Source of the DNA: an uncultured Gammaproteobacteria bacterium
Lineage (GTDB): Bacteria; Patescibacteriota; Patescibacteriia; UBA9934
Reading direction: 5' to 3'
Assembly (NCBI GenBank): GCA_964613815.1
Contig: CAZTKG010000001.1
Span: 200,895 to 264,894 of the forward strand
Length of the DNA: 64,000 nucleotides
Each line of letters opens with the position of its first letter. Positions within the stretch are counted from its first letter, which is position 1. The position numbers and the translations under genes were made by a program. Below the pieces are notes generated by a model. The model was not told the DNA's origin. It did not search any database and was given only the letters and a program-made list of their open reading frames with translations. Below are positions 1 to 11,405 of the stretch, piece by piece.

Positions 1-479
1 GATCGCGTCTCTAGGACGAGCGTGTTTGCGTCGATGTCAACTTCGACAATTTCGCCTCCTGGGCCGCGATGGTGTCGTTTTGGTGCGTGATCGGACACGA
101 AACGTGCGACCATCTCTCCCTCATCTGACTCACCTCCTGCGATGAAGATCGTTGTGCCGACTTCGTAGTCTTCGAGATCTACGTCGTCTGGCTCGACATC
201 TTCAGCGACAAGCCTTGTGTCGTCTGTGATGGAGAAGGTGATTTGATCGCCTTCGACATACCCACGCTTTTCGAGCACCTTTTGAACCAGGTCTCGCTCG
301 GCAGTCAGGGAAATGGTTAATGTTGTATCTGTAACCTCTACGAGCTCTCCAGCGAATGGAATGCGATGCTTTGGCTTGTGATGCTTGCCGCCTTCTGCTG
401 CGAATGACAGAGAAGGAATGGCCATAAGACTAAACACCGGAATAAAGATCGCTGATGTGATGAGCTTTTTTGGTGACAT
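1..479 (-). CDS. Secreted protein, DUF5666-like beta-rich domains (partial, runs off window start)
   Basis: Manual translation from ATG at 479: MSPKKLITSAIFIPVFSLMAIPSLSFAAEGG (signal peptide), GELVEVTDTTLTI, then a second GEIVEVDIDANTLVL unit; frame open to position 1. Confidence 0.7.
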   Translation of the reverse strand, partial: MSPKKLITSAIFIPVFSLMAIPSLSFAAEGGKHHKPKHRIPFAGELVEVTDTTLTISLTAERDLVQKVLEKRGYVEGDQITFSITDDTRLVAEDVEPDDVDLEDYEVGTTIFIAGGESDEGEMVARFVSDHAPKRHHRGPGGEIVEVDIDANTLVLETR

Positions 480-543
480 AGATTGATTTTAAGATTAATG
501 CGCTGGGCACCGCGGCCGCTAGTGCCTGTGCGTACGGAATGTT

Positions 544-570
544 TTACACGCGTGATGATGAGATGTTACG
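544..570 (-). promoter_or_regulatory. Putative ECF sigma promoter CGTAACA-N16-GTAA
   Basis: Same motif and spacing as 1154-1180 upstream of the ECF sigma gene. Confidence 0.5.
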
Positions 571-595
571 AATTGCAGCGTGATATAATGAGGGT

Positions 596-1120
596 ATGGA
601 ATCTGAAGCACTTGATAAGCTTGAGGGACTCTCTCAAGTTGTGGAGAACGTGTCTTTTTTGACGTGGGACCTCGTTGGCATCGTCGGGATCTTTGTGGCG
701 ATTTTGATCTACTCTTATACGGCTGGAAAGGAGGAGTCTATTCCGATGATGGTCGCCGGGTACGCAGCTGGATTTGTTTTTACGTTCTCTTCTCACTTTT
801 CGATGATTACGGATCGGTTTAGCGGAGAGCCTTGGATGGTTTCCGGGATTGCGCTGTTTGTGTTGTTTGCGGCGTTCTTTTGGATTATTAAGACGAATAG
901 CTTTTTTGAGCCCTATGTTGTGCCGACGGGCTATGAAATTGCGACGTTTACGGTTGGGGTCGTGGGGCTTTTGATTGCGGTTGGACTGACGGCGGTTCCG
1001 GATGATCTTGCTGCGACGCTATCCCCTATTGTTCGAACGGGGTTTATGAGCGAGATTGCGACGACGGTGTGGGCGCTCGTGCCAGTTGGGACATGGATTA
1101 TTCTTCGGGGGGATGACTAG
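596..1120 (+). CDS. Hypothetical integral membrane protein
   Basis: 174 aa with about 5 hydrophobic segments; TGATATAAT extended -10 at 581-589 just upstream. Confidence 0.75.
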   Translation: MESEALDKLEGLSQVVENVSFLTWDLVGIVGIFVAILIYSYTAGKEESIPMMVAGYAAGFVFTFSSHFSMITDRFSGEPWMVSGIALFVLFAAFFWIIKTNSFFEPYVVPTGYEIATFTVGVVGLLIAVGLTAVPDDLAATLSPIVRTGFMSEIATTVWALVPVGTWIILRGDD

Positions 1121-1153
1121 ACAAATAGCGTTTTCTGATGTAGATTGAGTGCT

Positions 1154-1180
1154 CGTAACAAAATCTGGGCAGTAGGGTAA
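1154..1180 (+). promoter_or_regulatory. Putative autoregulatory ECF promoter CGTAACA-N16-GTAA
   Basis: AAC-containing -35 and GTA-type -10, 42 bp upstream of the ECF sigma start; duplicated at 544-570. Confidence 0.5.
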
Positions 1181-1222
1181 GGCTAAACCGTAACCTTATT
1201 CTGGAATCGCCCTCGTTTTTCT

Positions 1223-1762
1223 ATGCTTACACGAGCGCTTCAAAAAGAATTTGATAAGTTTTACGCCACGCACTTAGACCGCGTGTATCGATTTGTTTTC
1301 TTTCGGGTAAAGATGAACAAGGATGTTGCAGAAGACCTCACGAGCGAGATCTTCATGAAGGCCTTGAAGCACTTTGCAAAGTACGATCCCAAACGGTCGC
1401 AAGTTGCTTGGATCATGACGATTGCGCGGAACCATGTCATCAATCATTATCGCGATACAAAGGAAACGTGCGATGTTGATGAACTTGCGTTTAAGCTTCC
1501 CGGGGAAGATGGTCGCAAAGTCCTTGAATCGATGAACGACACGATGCTCGTTCAAGAAGCGATCCTGCAGCTAAAGCCGAAGGATCGAAAGATTATTGAA
1601 ATGAAGTATTTGCAAGGCTATCGCTATAAAGAGATCGCCGAAATGCTTAACAAGACCGCTGGTGCTGTGCGGATCGAATCGCACCGAGCGATGAAGAAAT
1701 TGCGATCTATTTTAGAAAAACCCTATGCCGTGTACCGAAAAACAACTAAAGAAGCTGCGTAA
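1223..1762 (+). CDS. ECF RNA polymerase sigma-70 factor
   Basis: Region 2 (AEDLTSEIFMKA, WIMTIARN) and region 4 (GYRYKEIAEML, RAMKKLR). Confidence 0.92.
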   Translation: MLTRALQKEFDKFYATHLDRVYRFVFFRVKMNKDVAEDLTSEIFMKALKHFAKYDPKRSQVAWIMTIARNHVINHYRDTKETCDVDELAFKLPGEDGRKVLESMNDTMLVQEAILQLKPKDRKIIEMKYLQGYRYKEIAEMLNKTAGAVRIESHRAMKKLRSILEKPYAVYRKTTKEAA

Positions 1763-2453
1763 AGCGAGCAAGCCGAATCGACGATTTAAGCGTGTTCTCA
1801 AGTCTCAACTTCGACTTGAGATGCGTGACACGTACCCGCTTTTTGTCCCTGCCTGGCCTCGGCTTTTGGTGGCACCGACGGCGATTTTTGTCTTGGTGTT
1901 TACCATGGGCGTTGGGAGCTTTGCGTATGCGAGTCCGTCGGTCACGGATAGTCATCCGCTTTATGTCGTCAAAACCGGCATTGAGTCCGTGGAAGGCATG
2001 ATGCATCGGTCGCCCGGCGCGAAGGCTCAATATCATGCACGTATGATGGAGCGACGACTCGCCGAAGGTGAACGAGAACATTCCTTGAAACAGCTTAGCG
2101 AGCGGCATATCGATGAGATCGCGCATCAGTTTTCAAATGTTATTACACACGTGAGCACCGCAAGCGCCGACACTACAGAACGTGATCAAATCGTCACACA
2201 ACTTCAATCGCAGGTTGCTCGGTACGACTATCTCATGCAGCTTGTTGAAGCGGAAAGCGAAGTTGACACGCGAGCTGAGATGCACCTGTGGGTGAGCGAA
2301 AGTGAGCTAAGTGATGATCAAAAACGAGCCCTTTATGAGCACTTGAAGCATACGGCGGCCGAGGCGGCTGTAGATGTGGGAGATGTTGACCAGTTTATTT
2401 CTCCGGAGTTACGAGGAGATCGAGGGGACGTGCCCCGTGTCAGATTTCAATAA
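1725..2453 (+). CDS. Putative anti-sigma factor, single TM plus DUF5667-like domain
   Basis: Overlaps the ECF gene; basic N-terminus, one TM, then PLYVVKTGIE...ERRLAE motif. Confidence 0.7.
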   Translation: MPCTEKQLKKLRKASKPNRRFKRVLKSQLRLEMRDTYPLFVPAWPRLLVAPTAIFVLVFTMGVGSFAYASPSVTDSHPLYVVKTGIESVEGMMHRSPGAKAQYHARMMERRLAEGEREHSLKQLSERHIDEIAHQFSNVITHVSTASADTTERDQIVTQLQSQVARYDYLMQLVEAESEVDTRAEMHLWVSESELSDDQKRALYEHLKHTAAEAAVDVGDVDQFISPELRGDRGDVPRVRFQ

Positions 2454-2483
2454 AAATATCGCCCGTGATTGGGCGATATTTTT
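2452..2483. terminator. Bidirectional intrinsic terminator
   Basis: AAAAATATCGCCC-gtgatt-GGGCGATATTTTT between convergent genes. Confidence 0.8.
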
Positions 2484-3528
2484 AGATCTTTAGATCCAGC
2501 TCTTCCATGAGCTTTTTTTGTTTTCTTGAGAGCTTCTTTGGCGTTACGACGTTGATGATGACAATCTGATCTCCCGCCGATCGGCCAGACTGGACGCCCT
2601 TTCCGCGAAGGCGAAGCTGATCTCCTGGCTGTGTTCCTGCGGGAATTTTTAGTTTTACTGATCCCTCGACGGTATCCACACTTACCTCATCGCCAAGTGC
2701 TGCCTGTGTGAATCCAATAGCCTTTTCGACATAGAGATCATTTCCATGCCGCTCGAATCTTGCGTCGTCGGTTACGCGAATGCGAATATAGAGATCTCCA
2801 GCTGGGCCGAGACTTCCGATAGATTCACCCTGACCTCGCACGCGGATTTTTACTCCTGTTTCTACGCCTGCAGGAAAATCTACTCTTAGTGTTTTTGATG
2901 CATGCACCGTTCCTGAACCCGAGCATGTCCCGCATTTCTTTTCTGGCTTCTCCCCTCTTCCGTTGCAGCTTGAACAGGAGACCCGCGACTTCATTGCTCC
3001 GAGAATCGTGCGCTGTATTGTCTCCTGCACACCTGATCCGTTGCAGATCTCACAGTTCTTCAGGGCTGACTCTGGTTCCCCACCTGTTCCCGCGCATCGT
3101 TCGCAGTTATCGTTTTTTGATAGTGAAATCTCCTTTTCTACGCCGAAGACAGACTCTTTAAAACTGATCGTGACATCTATTTGGATATCTGATCCTGATC
3201 TAGACCTTCGACCACGCGTTCGTCCGCCAAAGAAATCTCCAAATATATCCCCCAAGTCCTCGAAATGCATTCCCTGGAATCCTTGACCAAATCCGCCCAT
3301 CCCGCCAAAACCTTGCCCTCCTGGCCCTGCGGATCCGAATTGGTCGTACTGAGACCGCTTTGAATCATCCGAAAGAACCTGGTAGGCCTCGTTTATTTCC
3401 TTAAACTTCTCCGCGTCACCGCCCTTGTCTGGATGATGCTTATGCGCGAGGTTGCGAAAAGCACGCTTCATCTCATCTTTTGAAGCGCCTTTTTCTACCC
3501 CTAGAGTTTTGTAATAGTCTTTTGACAT
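2482..3528 (-). CDS. dnaJ: Chaperone DnaJ
   Basis: J domain with HPD, G/F region, four CxxCxGxG motifs. Confidence 0.97.
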   Translation of the reverse strand: MSKDYYKTLGVEKGASKDEMKRAFRNLAHKHHPDKGGDAEKFKEINEAYQVLSDDSKRSQYDQFGSAGPGGQGFGGMGGFGQGFQGMHFEDLGDIFGDFFGGRTRGRRSRSGSDIQIDVTISFKESVFGVEKEISLSKNDNCERCAGTGGEPESALKNCEICNGSGVQETIQRTILGAMKSRVSCSSCNGRGEKPEKKCGTCSGSGTVHASKTLRVDFPAGVETGVKIRVRGQGESIGSLGPAGDLYIRIRVTDDARFERHGNDLYVEKAIGFTQAALGDEVSVDTVEGSVKLKIPAGTQPGDQLRLRGKGVQSGRSAGDQIVIINVVTPKKLSRKQKKLMEELDLKI

Positions 3529-3537
3529 GTTTATTGT

Positions 3538-3996
3538 CTATTCTGTGATATCTACGACCTCCGGCTTTTCGATTACGATGTAATCTTTATACTTCATCTC
3601 AATGGAGTCTGTGAGACTTCCTGCGTTGAAGGTGATCTCTTCGTTCTCTGATAGCCGCCCGTCCATGTAGGTCTTGAGGCCTATAATGGAGCCAAATGGC
3701 GGAACTGATCCTCTTACGCACCCGGTGACATCGACCGGGTCTTTTGCAAAGGACGTGCGCTCCCCGATGATCGCTCGAAGTTTCTTACTGTCCAAGCGAG
3801 GATCGGCTGGCATGACGCAGGGTATGTGCTCCTTTGTCTTATTTCCTCTGATAACCAATGCCTTTGCGCCCTGATGCATGTCCGTACCACGCACCTCTGA
3901 AGCCTGTGCGCTTGTGACGACTGGCTCATGGTGATGTGTGGTGTATTTCGCCCCGTGATCCTCGAGAGCTTGCTTGATCTTTTCGAATACCGTCAT
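3538..3996 (-). CDS. YbaK/ProX family aminoacyl-tRNA deacylase
   Basis: GAKALV, GSVPPFG and FNAG motifs. Confidence 0.85.
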   Translation of the reverse strand: MTVFEKIKQALEDHGAKYTTHHHEPVVTSAQASEVRGTDMHQGAKALVIRGNKTKEHIPCVMPADPRLDSKKLRAIIGERTSFAKDPVDVTGCVRGSVPPFGSIIGLKTYMDGRLSENEEITFNAGSLTDSIEMKYKDYIVIEKPEVVDITE

Positions 3997-3997
3997 G

Positions 3998-4150
3998 TTA
4001 GTCGTTTTTTATGATTCTTGCTTTCACGTCAACAACTTTTTCCGCGGCCTTGCGCCTAGCTCTACGCCAAATGCGCTTTGCAATCTGTTTGAAGGTCCAT
4101 GCCGCGAGCGTGAATAGCCCGCGGCGGATCCATTTAAAGATGTTTGCCAT
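3998..4150 (-). CDS. Small basic amphipathic protein, 50 aa, not in ORF track
   Basis: MANIFKWIRRGLFTLAAWTFKQIAKRIWRRARRKAAEKVVDVKARIIKND; GGAGG SD upstream; fills the dnaK-ybaK gap. Confidence 0.65.
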   Translation of the reverse strand: MANIFKWIRRGLFTLAAWTFKQIAKRIWRRARRKAAEKVVDVKARIIKND

Positions 4151-4165
4151 ATCCTCCTGTTCCGA

Positions 4166-6094
<1,929 letters not shown>

Positions 6095-6586
6095 TTATTT
6101 TTCAGTTTTTTGAGAATTGATGATGACTTTTGCTGGGCGGATGATTTGATCCCCTGCTTTCCACCCTGTTTGAACTTCTTCTATGACGTGCTGGTCTGGC
6201 AGTTCCTGATCTTCGCGTTCGCCTGCGGATTCATGCTGGGCAGGATCGAACGCCTCCCCTACTGTCTTGATGCGCTCCAGTCCGATTGATGCCATCGCTT
6301 CATCGAACTGTTTTGCGATGAAGAGCACGCCTTGAAGCCAGTTTTGCACGTCCTTGTTTAGATCTTCGCTGTCCGGCGCGTGGTTTGTGGCCACTTGGAA
6401 ATTGTCGATCACCGGGAGCAATGCATGCGCGAGAGATATTGATAGCGCTCGTCGCTGATCCACCTTCGCCGCCGAGAGATCGTTCTTGAGATTCTCGTAG
6501 TCGGCAAGGGCGCGCTTCCAGCCAGCTAAATACTCTTCGTTCTTTGCTTTTAGTTCGTCGATGACTTTGATTTTGAGTTTTGGCAT
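6095..6586 (-). CDS. grpE: Nucleotide exchange factor GrpE
   Basis: RALADYEN, FDPAQHE, IIRPAKV; directly upstream of dnaK. Confidence 0.95.
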   Translation of the reverse strand: MPKLKIKVIDELKAKNEEYLAGWKRALADYENLKNDLSAAKVDQRRALSISLAHALLPVIDNFQVATNHAPDSEDLNKDVQNWLQGVLFIAKQFDEAMASIGLERIKTVGEAFDPAQHESAGEREDQELPDQHVIEEVQTGWKAGDQIIRPAKVIINSQKTEK

Positions 6587-6589
6587 AGT

Positions 6590-7276
6590 TTATTGAGATT
6601 CTAGGATGTCACGGGCCTGCTCTAGGAGTTTTATGTTGCGTCGGTAGTTCATGCGCATTGGACCCACTAGCCCCAGGATTCCCGTTACGCCGTTTGACAT
6701 GGTGTATTTGACCATGACTGCGGCCATTTGCTTATTGAATGGATTTTCTTGGCCCATCCAGACGTTTGTTTCGCTTTTGACGCTTGGGAACAGCTCTCTG
6801 AGCGTGACGTCGAACTTGTCTACGGCGTTTGAGATGAGACGAAGTGTTTGGATGTCTTCGAACTCCGGCTTAGAGAAGAGTTGGGAAATTCCACTGTAAT
6901 GACTCCAGCCTGTCTCGAGGCTTGCTAGCGCAGTTTCTCCTGATAGTCGCATGAGGCAGTGCGTGATCTCTCGGACGAGCTCGTGAGCGTTTTCGTAGCT
7001 AAGCTCTGCGTTCATACCTTCGATTGGCGCCTGCTGATGCATTGTTTCGCGAAGATAGAGGCGATACCCTTTCTCTGTTGGAACGCGGCCGGATGATGTG
7101 TGTGGCTGACGAATGTAGCCAAGGTCTTCTAGGCGCGCCATCTCGTTTCTGATGGTCGCGGATGAGACACCAAAATCATACGCATTAACGAGGGCGCGCG
7201 AGGCAATTGGCTGCGCGGTCTCTACGTATGTTTCTATAATGGCGTTGAGTATTTGACGTTGTCGCTCTGTGAGCAT
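6590..7276 (-). CDS. hrcA: Heat-inducible transcription repressor HrcA (short form)
   Basis: [31 protein letters not shown]; ATG at 7276. Confidence 0.95.
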   Translation of the reverse strand: MLTERQRQILNAIIETYVETAQPIASRALVNAYDFGVSSATIRNEMARLEDLGYIRQPHTSSGRVPTEKGYRLYLRETMHQQAPIEGMNAELSYENAHELVREITHCLMRLSGETALASLETGWSHYSGISQLFSKPEFEDIQTLRLISNAVDKFDVTLRELFPSVKSETNVWMGQENPFNKQMAAVMVKYTMSNGVTGILGLVGPMRMNYRRNIKLLEQARDILESQ

Positions 7277-7283
7277 AAACAAA

Positions 7284-7310
7284 TTAGCAGTCTCAATTGT
7301 AGACTGCTAA
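7284..7310. promoter_or_regulatory. CIRCE operator variant, overlapping a sigma70 promoter (TTGACG-17-TACAAT, minus strand, 7297-7325)
   Basis: TTAGCAGTC-N9-GACTGCTAA immediately upstream of hrcA. Confidence 0.9.
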
Positions 7311-7356
7311 TTTATATTCGTCAAGTTTGTCTTCTCCCACCTCGTCACTCACTCCC

Positions 7357-7383
7357 CCCATCTCGAGCGAAGTCGAAAGATCT
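7357..7383 (+). repeat. REP-like family A, single unit
   Basis: CCCATCTCGAGCGAAGTCGAAAGATCT. Confidence 0.8.
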
Positions 7384-7389
7384 TGCCCT

Positions 7390-8142
7390 CTATGCCGCGC
7401 CTTTTGCGAGTTTTTTCTTGAGTTCCGCGATCCTGTGCTGCGCGGAATCGATCTGTTCTCTTCGAATGTTTGCCGCATTTGACTGCCCCTCTCCTTGTTG
7501 TGTGAGTTTGTCTAGGGTCTGCTGCAATTGAGCTATTCGTGTTTCGTGCGCCAAAATTTCTTCGTTGACGTTCTCTGCAGACTCGTAGCCCGTTTCGTTT
7601 CGTACCACTGATCTACGTTCTGCCTGTCGCGACATGCCCCGAGCATGCACTCTGCGCTGAGCTGCGAGCAGTCCAACGATATGATCCCTGGTAAGCCCTG
7701 CCGCCACCAAAGCTTCCTGCTGCTGCCGTGTCGCACCCCCTTGTTCACTCATGAGGCCGTTTGCGAGTGCATAGTCCATCCACTGCCCCCAAGCCTCTCG
7801 GTCACGCTCTGCTTGGCGTTCCCGTGATGAAATTGGGCCTCGTTCTTGATCTCTTGCCACCTGTGCGTCCATTGCCTTCACGCGCGCCATGTATTCTTGC
7901 TGCGCTGCCGCCTGCTGATCTGGCGTCTGTGTCTCGCCGAGCGCCTCAAGCGCTTTGCCGCGGGCAGCCGCTGCCTGCGCTGTATCTGTCTCTGCGCTTT
8001 TGAACAGCGCGGACTTTAGCCTGGCCCACATTCCCTTCTCTTGCTTCGCATCGGCCGCAGCTGGCTTTGGCTGCTGTTCTTGCTTGCTTTCGAAGGCTTC
8101 TGGATTCACTGTTCCTGACTCTGGTTTCCCTGCCATACGCAT
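7390..8142 (-). CDS. Hypothetical Gln/Ala-rich coiled-coil protein
   Basis: 250-aa ORF following the antiporter gene; no recognisable motif. Confidence 0.6.
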   Translation of the reverse strand: MRMAGKPESGTVNPEAFESKQEQQPKPAAADAKQEKGMWARLKSALFKSAETDTAQAAAARGKALEALGETQTPDQQAAAQQEYMARVKAMDAQVARDQERGPISSRERQAERDREAWGQWMDYALANGLMSEQGGATRQQQEALVAAGLTRDHIVGLLAAQRRVHARGMSRQAERRSVVRNETGYESAENVNEEILAHETRIAQLQQTLDKLTQQGEGQSNAANIRREQIDSAQHRIAELKKKLAKGAA

Positions 8143-8150
8143 AAAATAGA

Positions 8151-9818
8151 TTATTTAGCTCCTGCGAGCTGCTTCTTTTTGGCGGTTGACCACGAGGAAG
8201 CATTAAGCTTTTTGCGAGTTAGTAGTTGAGAGAAGTGCTCTCCACTGAGCATATTTGGCACAATGACGAACATTGCCCCCATTTCGTACATCTTTGCCAC
8301 GTCTGATGTTTTCTTTACCGTCACCACCACCTTCACCTTTGATTTTCGTGACTTCTTGTAGCTTAGGATATCTTGATTGATCTGGATATCTGGGATTGTG
8401 GATACAATCAGCTTTGCTTTTCCTGCCTGAATGGAGTCTAGGAACTCTTCGTTTCCAACATCTCCGTAGACATTTGGAATGCCCTTTTCTGAGAGCTCTG
8501 CCTGGAGGACTGGGTTGAAGTCGGCGACTGTGTAATTCTTTGTCATCTTTTTGATGGCTGGGAGAAGGGTCTCGCCCATGCCCTGGTAGCCGAAGAGGAG
8601 GACTTCGCTTGCTGGGGACTTTCGCTTCCTCTTTTCGATCTTTCCGACGCCCATCCATGAGAAGAGAAATTCTAACTTATCGTAAAGGAGTTCGTTGTAG
8701 GAAATGAGATAGGTGGAGAGTGTGATGGTGATGATGGCGACTAAGGTTGCCATGCTGACGATAGCGGGAGCGACAAGACCAACGGAAACAGCTGCAGCGA
8801 GGATAATGAAGGAGAATTCGCTGATTTGGGCGAGTGTGACGCCGGTGAGGAACCCTGCTCTTGGGTGATAGCCGAAGGCGCGGAGGATAAGGAGGAGGAT
8901 GATTGGGTTTCCGATGAGAACGAAGAGGCTGAAGATGATGGACTCATCGATGAAGCCGGTGATGTCGGAGAATGTGAGCTGGGTGCCGAGAATGATGAAG
9001 AAAATGATGAGGAAGAAGTCTCTGAGCGGACGGACGCGGCTGTTGATTTCTGACTGGAAGCCTGTTGATGCGAGGGAGACCCCTGCGAGAAGCGCGCCGA
9101 TTTCGATCCCGAATCCGATGAGGTGGAGGACGCTTGCGAGGGCGAAGCACCAACTAATAGCGACGAGGAAGAGAAGTTCTTGGTTGCGCGCAGCGTAGCG
9201 CATGAGGTGTGGGAGGATCCACTTTGCCGCAAGGTAGAGGAGGAAGAGGACGGCCGCTCCCTTGAGGAGAACGAAGGTGATGGCTCCTGTTAATGATCCT
9301 GATTCTGCGCCGAGACTGCTAATGACGAGCAGCGTGATCATAGCGACAAGGTCCTGGATGAGGAGGATGCCGATGCTGATACGGCCGTAGAAACGGTCTA
9401 GGTCTTCTTTGTCTGACAGGAGCTTTACGATGACGATCGTGCTTGAGAGGGCGAAGGCGAGGCCGAGGAGGAGAGCTGTTTGGGCGTGGAAGCCTAAGAG
9501 AAGGGCGATGCCGAAGCCTGCTAGGGTGGTAAAGAGAACTTGGCCTAGGCCTCCTATTATAGCGATCTTTCCGACGTCTTTTGCTTGTTGCCAGTGCAGG
9601 TTGAGCCCGACCAGGAACAACAAGAAAGCGATGCCGATTTCGCTTAGGGACTCGAACATGTGAGCTGACCCCGCTTCTGCGAGGAGATTTGGCCCGATTA
9701 ACAGCCCTGTAAGGATGTATGCGATGATGAGTGGCTGCTTGAGCCTGTATACGAGAAGGGATACGACGCCAGCCGTTACGATGACTGCGCCCATCTCGAT
9801 AAATGCCATGTCGATCAT
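8151..9818 (-). CDS. CPA2 family cation/H+ antiporter (KefB/KefC-like) with KTN domain
   Basis: FLLFLVGL, LSSTIVIVKLL, LAQISEFS; C-terminal VYGD Rossmann-like domain. Confidence 0.9.
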   Translation of the reverse strand: MIDMAFIEMGAVIVTAGVVSLLVYRLKQPLIIAYILTGLLIGPNLLAEAGSAHMFESLSEIGIAFLLFLVGLNLHWQQAKDVGKIAIIGGLGQVLFTTLAGFGIALLLGFHAQTALLLGLAFALSSTIVIVKLLSDKEDLDRFYGRISIGILLIQDLVAMITLLVISSLGAESGSLTGAITFVLLKGAAVLFLLYLAAKWILPHLMRYAARNQELLFLVAISWCFALASVLHLIGFGIEIGALLAGVSLASTGFQSEINSRVRPLRDFFLIIFFIILGTQLTFSDITGFIDESIIFSLFVLIGNPIILLLILRAFGYHPRAGFLTGVTLAQISEFSFIILAAAVSVGLVAPAIVSMATLVAIITITLSTYLISYNELLYDKLEFLFSWMGVGKIEKRKRKSPASEVLLFGYQGMGETLLPAIKKMTKNYTVADFNPVLQAELSEKGIPNVYGDVGNEEFLDSIQAGKAKLIVSTIPDIQINQDILSYKKSRKSKVKVVVTVKKTSDVAKMYEMGAMFVIVPNMLSGEHFSQLLTRKKLNASSWSTAKKKQLAGAK

Positions 9819-10138
9819 TTGTTCTTTTTTACAGTGTGTTCAATAACTCGTGCGAGGTGTTCTCCGTAGATAATCTCGGTCACAAGCCCTATGCCAATGA
9901 CGAAGTATGGAACAGCGGATAGCATGAAAAATGTGGATAACAAACGAGACCCTGACTGCGTGACAGCCAAGTCGCCATATCCGACGGTGGTGATAGTAGC
10001 TACCGTGTAGTACAGCGCGTCGATCGCGGTCCACCCCTCTAGGAACATAAACGCTGCGGTTCCTCCTAGAATCATGCAAATAAGCACGAGAATGAAAACG
10101 ATGAAGCGCGCGCTTGTGAGAAACTTCGGCGCGAGCAT
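9815..10138 (-). CDS. Two-TM potassium channel pore protein (Ion_trans_2)
   Basis: TTVGYGD selectivity filter between two TMs. Confidence 0.9.
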   Translation of the reverse strand: MLAPKFLTSARFIVFILVLICMILGGTAAFMFLEGWTAIDALYYTVATITTVGYGDLAVTQSGSRLLSTFFMLSAVPYFVIGIGLVTEIIYGEHLARVIEHTVKKNK

Positions 10139-10167
10139 ATGTGCTCCATTATATCATAATTCTTCTC

Positions 10168-10196
10168 CGTCATTGCGAGCGCAGCGCGGCAATCTC
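10168..10196 (+). repeat. CGTC-tagged REP-like unit (variant D)
   Basis: CGTCATTGCGAGCGCAGCGCGGCAATCTC, stem ATTGC/GCAAT. Confidence 0.65.
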
Positions 10197-10220
10197 AATC
10201 CAAATAACCGCCTTCTCATC

Positions 10221-10297
10221 TCCCATCTCGACCTTGTGGAGAGATCCTGGTTCTGCCCTCGATTTCTTCAGATCTCTCCACGTTGGTCGAGATGGGA
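10221..10297. repeat. REP-like family A inverted doublet
   Basis: TCCCATCTCGACCTTGTGGAGAGATC...GATCTCTCCACGTTGGTCGAGATGGGA. Confidence 0.9.
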
Positions 10298-10351
10298 CTA
10301 TTAGCCCCTTAAATGACAAAGAAAAAATCACCCCCTGTGGGTGATTGATGT

Positions 10352-10678
10352 CTAGGCTTCGGACTGAGCAGCCGAGAGTATGGACTCGAGGTCCCGAACC
10401 GTCATCTTGACGTCCTGAGTAGTATTGCTCGAATGGCAGTTGATGGCCAGTGAGTCACTTGCTATACCGAGCGCTCTCTCGAATGCGCGCAACCTCAGGT
10501 CGTTTTCCGCGCTCTCGCTGTTCTTGCCGACCTCGACAACCAGCACTTTGGTGTCGAGATTTATCTGCTCACCGAGTCGCTTGATGAGCTGATCGGCAGC
10601 TTGATCTGCCCACTCATTCCTCTCGTGGATCTTGCGTATTTCATCGACCTTCTCGAGCGCTTGTCTTCTTCGCGACAT
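10352..10678 (-). CDS. Hypothetical protein, likely paralog of 11878-12198
   Basis: GGAGG SD before ATG 10678 (MSRRRQ); TTGACA upstream. Confidence 0.65.
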   Translation of the reverse strand: MSRRRQALEKVDEIRKIHERNEWADQAADQLIKRLGEQINLDTKVLVVEVGKNSESAENDLRLRAFERALGIASDSLAINCHSSNTTQDVKMTVRDLESILSAAQSEA

Positions 10679-10746
10679 CCTTCCTCCCATGAAAGAACGC
10701 CTCATCCTTGCACGAGCTCTCGATCTTGTCAAGGCCGTCCCCCTCT

Positions 10747-10858
10747 GTCATCCAGAGCGAAGCGTGGGATCCATTCGGGCGGCACTGCTGACATGAACCG
10801 ACGTCGATCATGAGCACGCCTGCATCCCGAATGGATCCTTCGCTGCGCTCAGGATGAC
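10747..10858. repeat. GTC-tagged REP-like inverted doublet (variant C)
   Basis: GTCATCCAGAGCGAAGCGTGGGATCCATTCGGG...CCCGAATGGATCCTTCGCTGCGCTCAGGATGAC. Confidence 0.85.
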
Positions 10859-10916
10859 GTGCGGATTGACAGATACCTCAATACCTGCCATGCTTACCCC
10901 TCCTCCTGGAGCATTC

Positions 10917-11294
10917 ATGACCACCACTCCAATCCCGCTCTTTGGCGGATCAGCCGCCAAATCTGCCGTACTTCTCTTTCTTGGCTGGACTGCCTTCAGC
11001 CACCTAGTCACATTCGTAGAGCTCTCTGCACGAGCAGGAGTCACACCGTTCGAGCTCCTTTTTCTGAACTGGGCAATGCTGGCGCCGGTCTGCGCTTTCG
11101 CGGGCTGGAAGTGGATGACGCCTGCTCGCGCCCAATCGCGCTCAACGATCGTCGTCGCTCTTGCGGCCGCGGCCGGCACCCTTGTCAGCGGCCTGATCCT
11201 GATGCCGCCGAACGTGGCAGGCTCGCTGCTCTTCATCTTCTACATGTTCGCCATGTTTACGGCCATGCCGTATAACGTGCGACGCAATGCGTAG
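10917..11294 (+). CDS. Hypothetical 4-TM membrane protein
   Basis: TTGACA-17-CATGCT promoter at 10866-10894, GGAG SD, four hydrophobic segments, hairpin plus T-run after stop. Confidence 0.7.
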   Translation: MTTTPIPLFGGSAAKSAVLLFLGWTAFSHLVTFVELSARAGVTPFELLFLNWAMLAPVCAFAGWKWMTPARAQSRSTIVVALAAAAGTLVSGLILMPPNVAGSLLFIFYMFAMFTAMPYNVRRNA

Positions 11295-11405
11295 CTCACC
11301 GTAAGGTGAGCGTTTTTATTTCGCCCGTCTCGCCTGAGATCCTCTGAATAAAAATCCGCCTTGAAGGCGGTGATGAGAGCGAGTGTCGCGGCAGACAAGG
11401 AAGAG

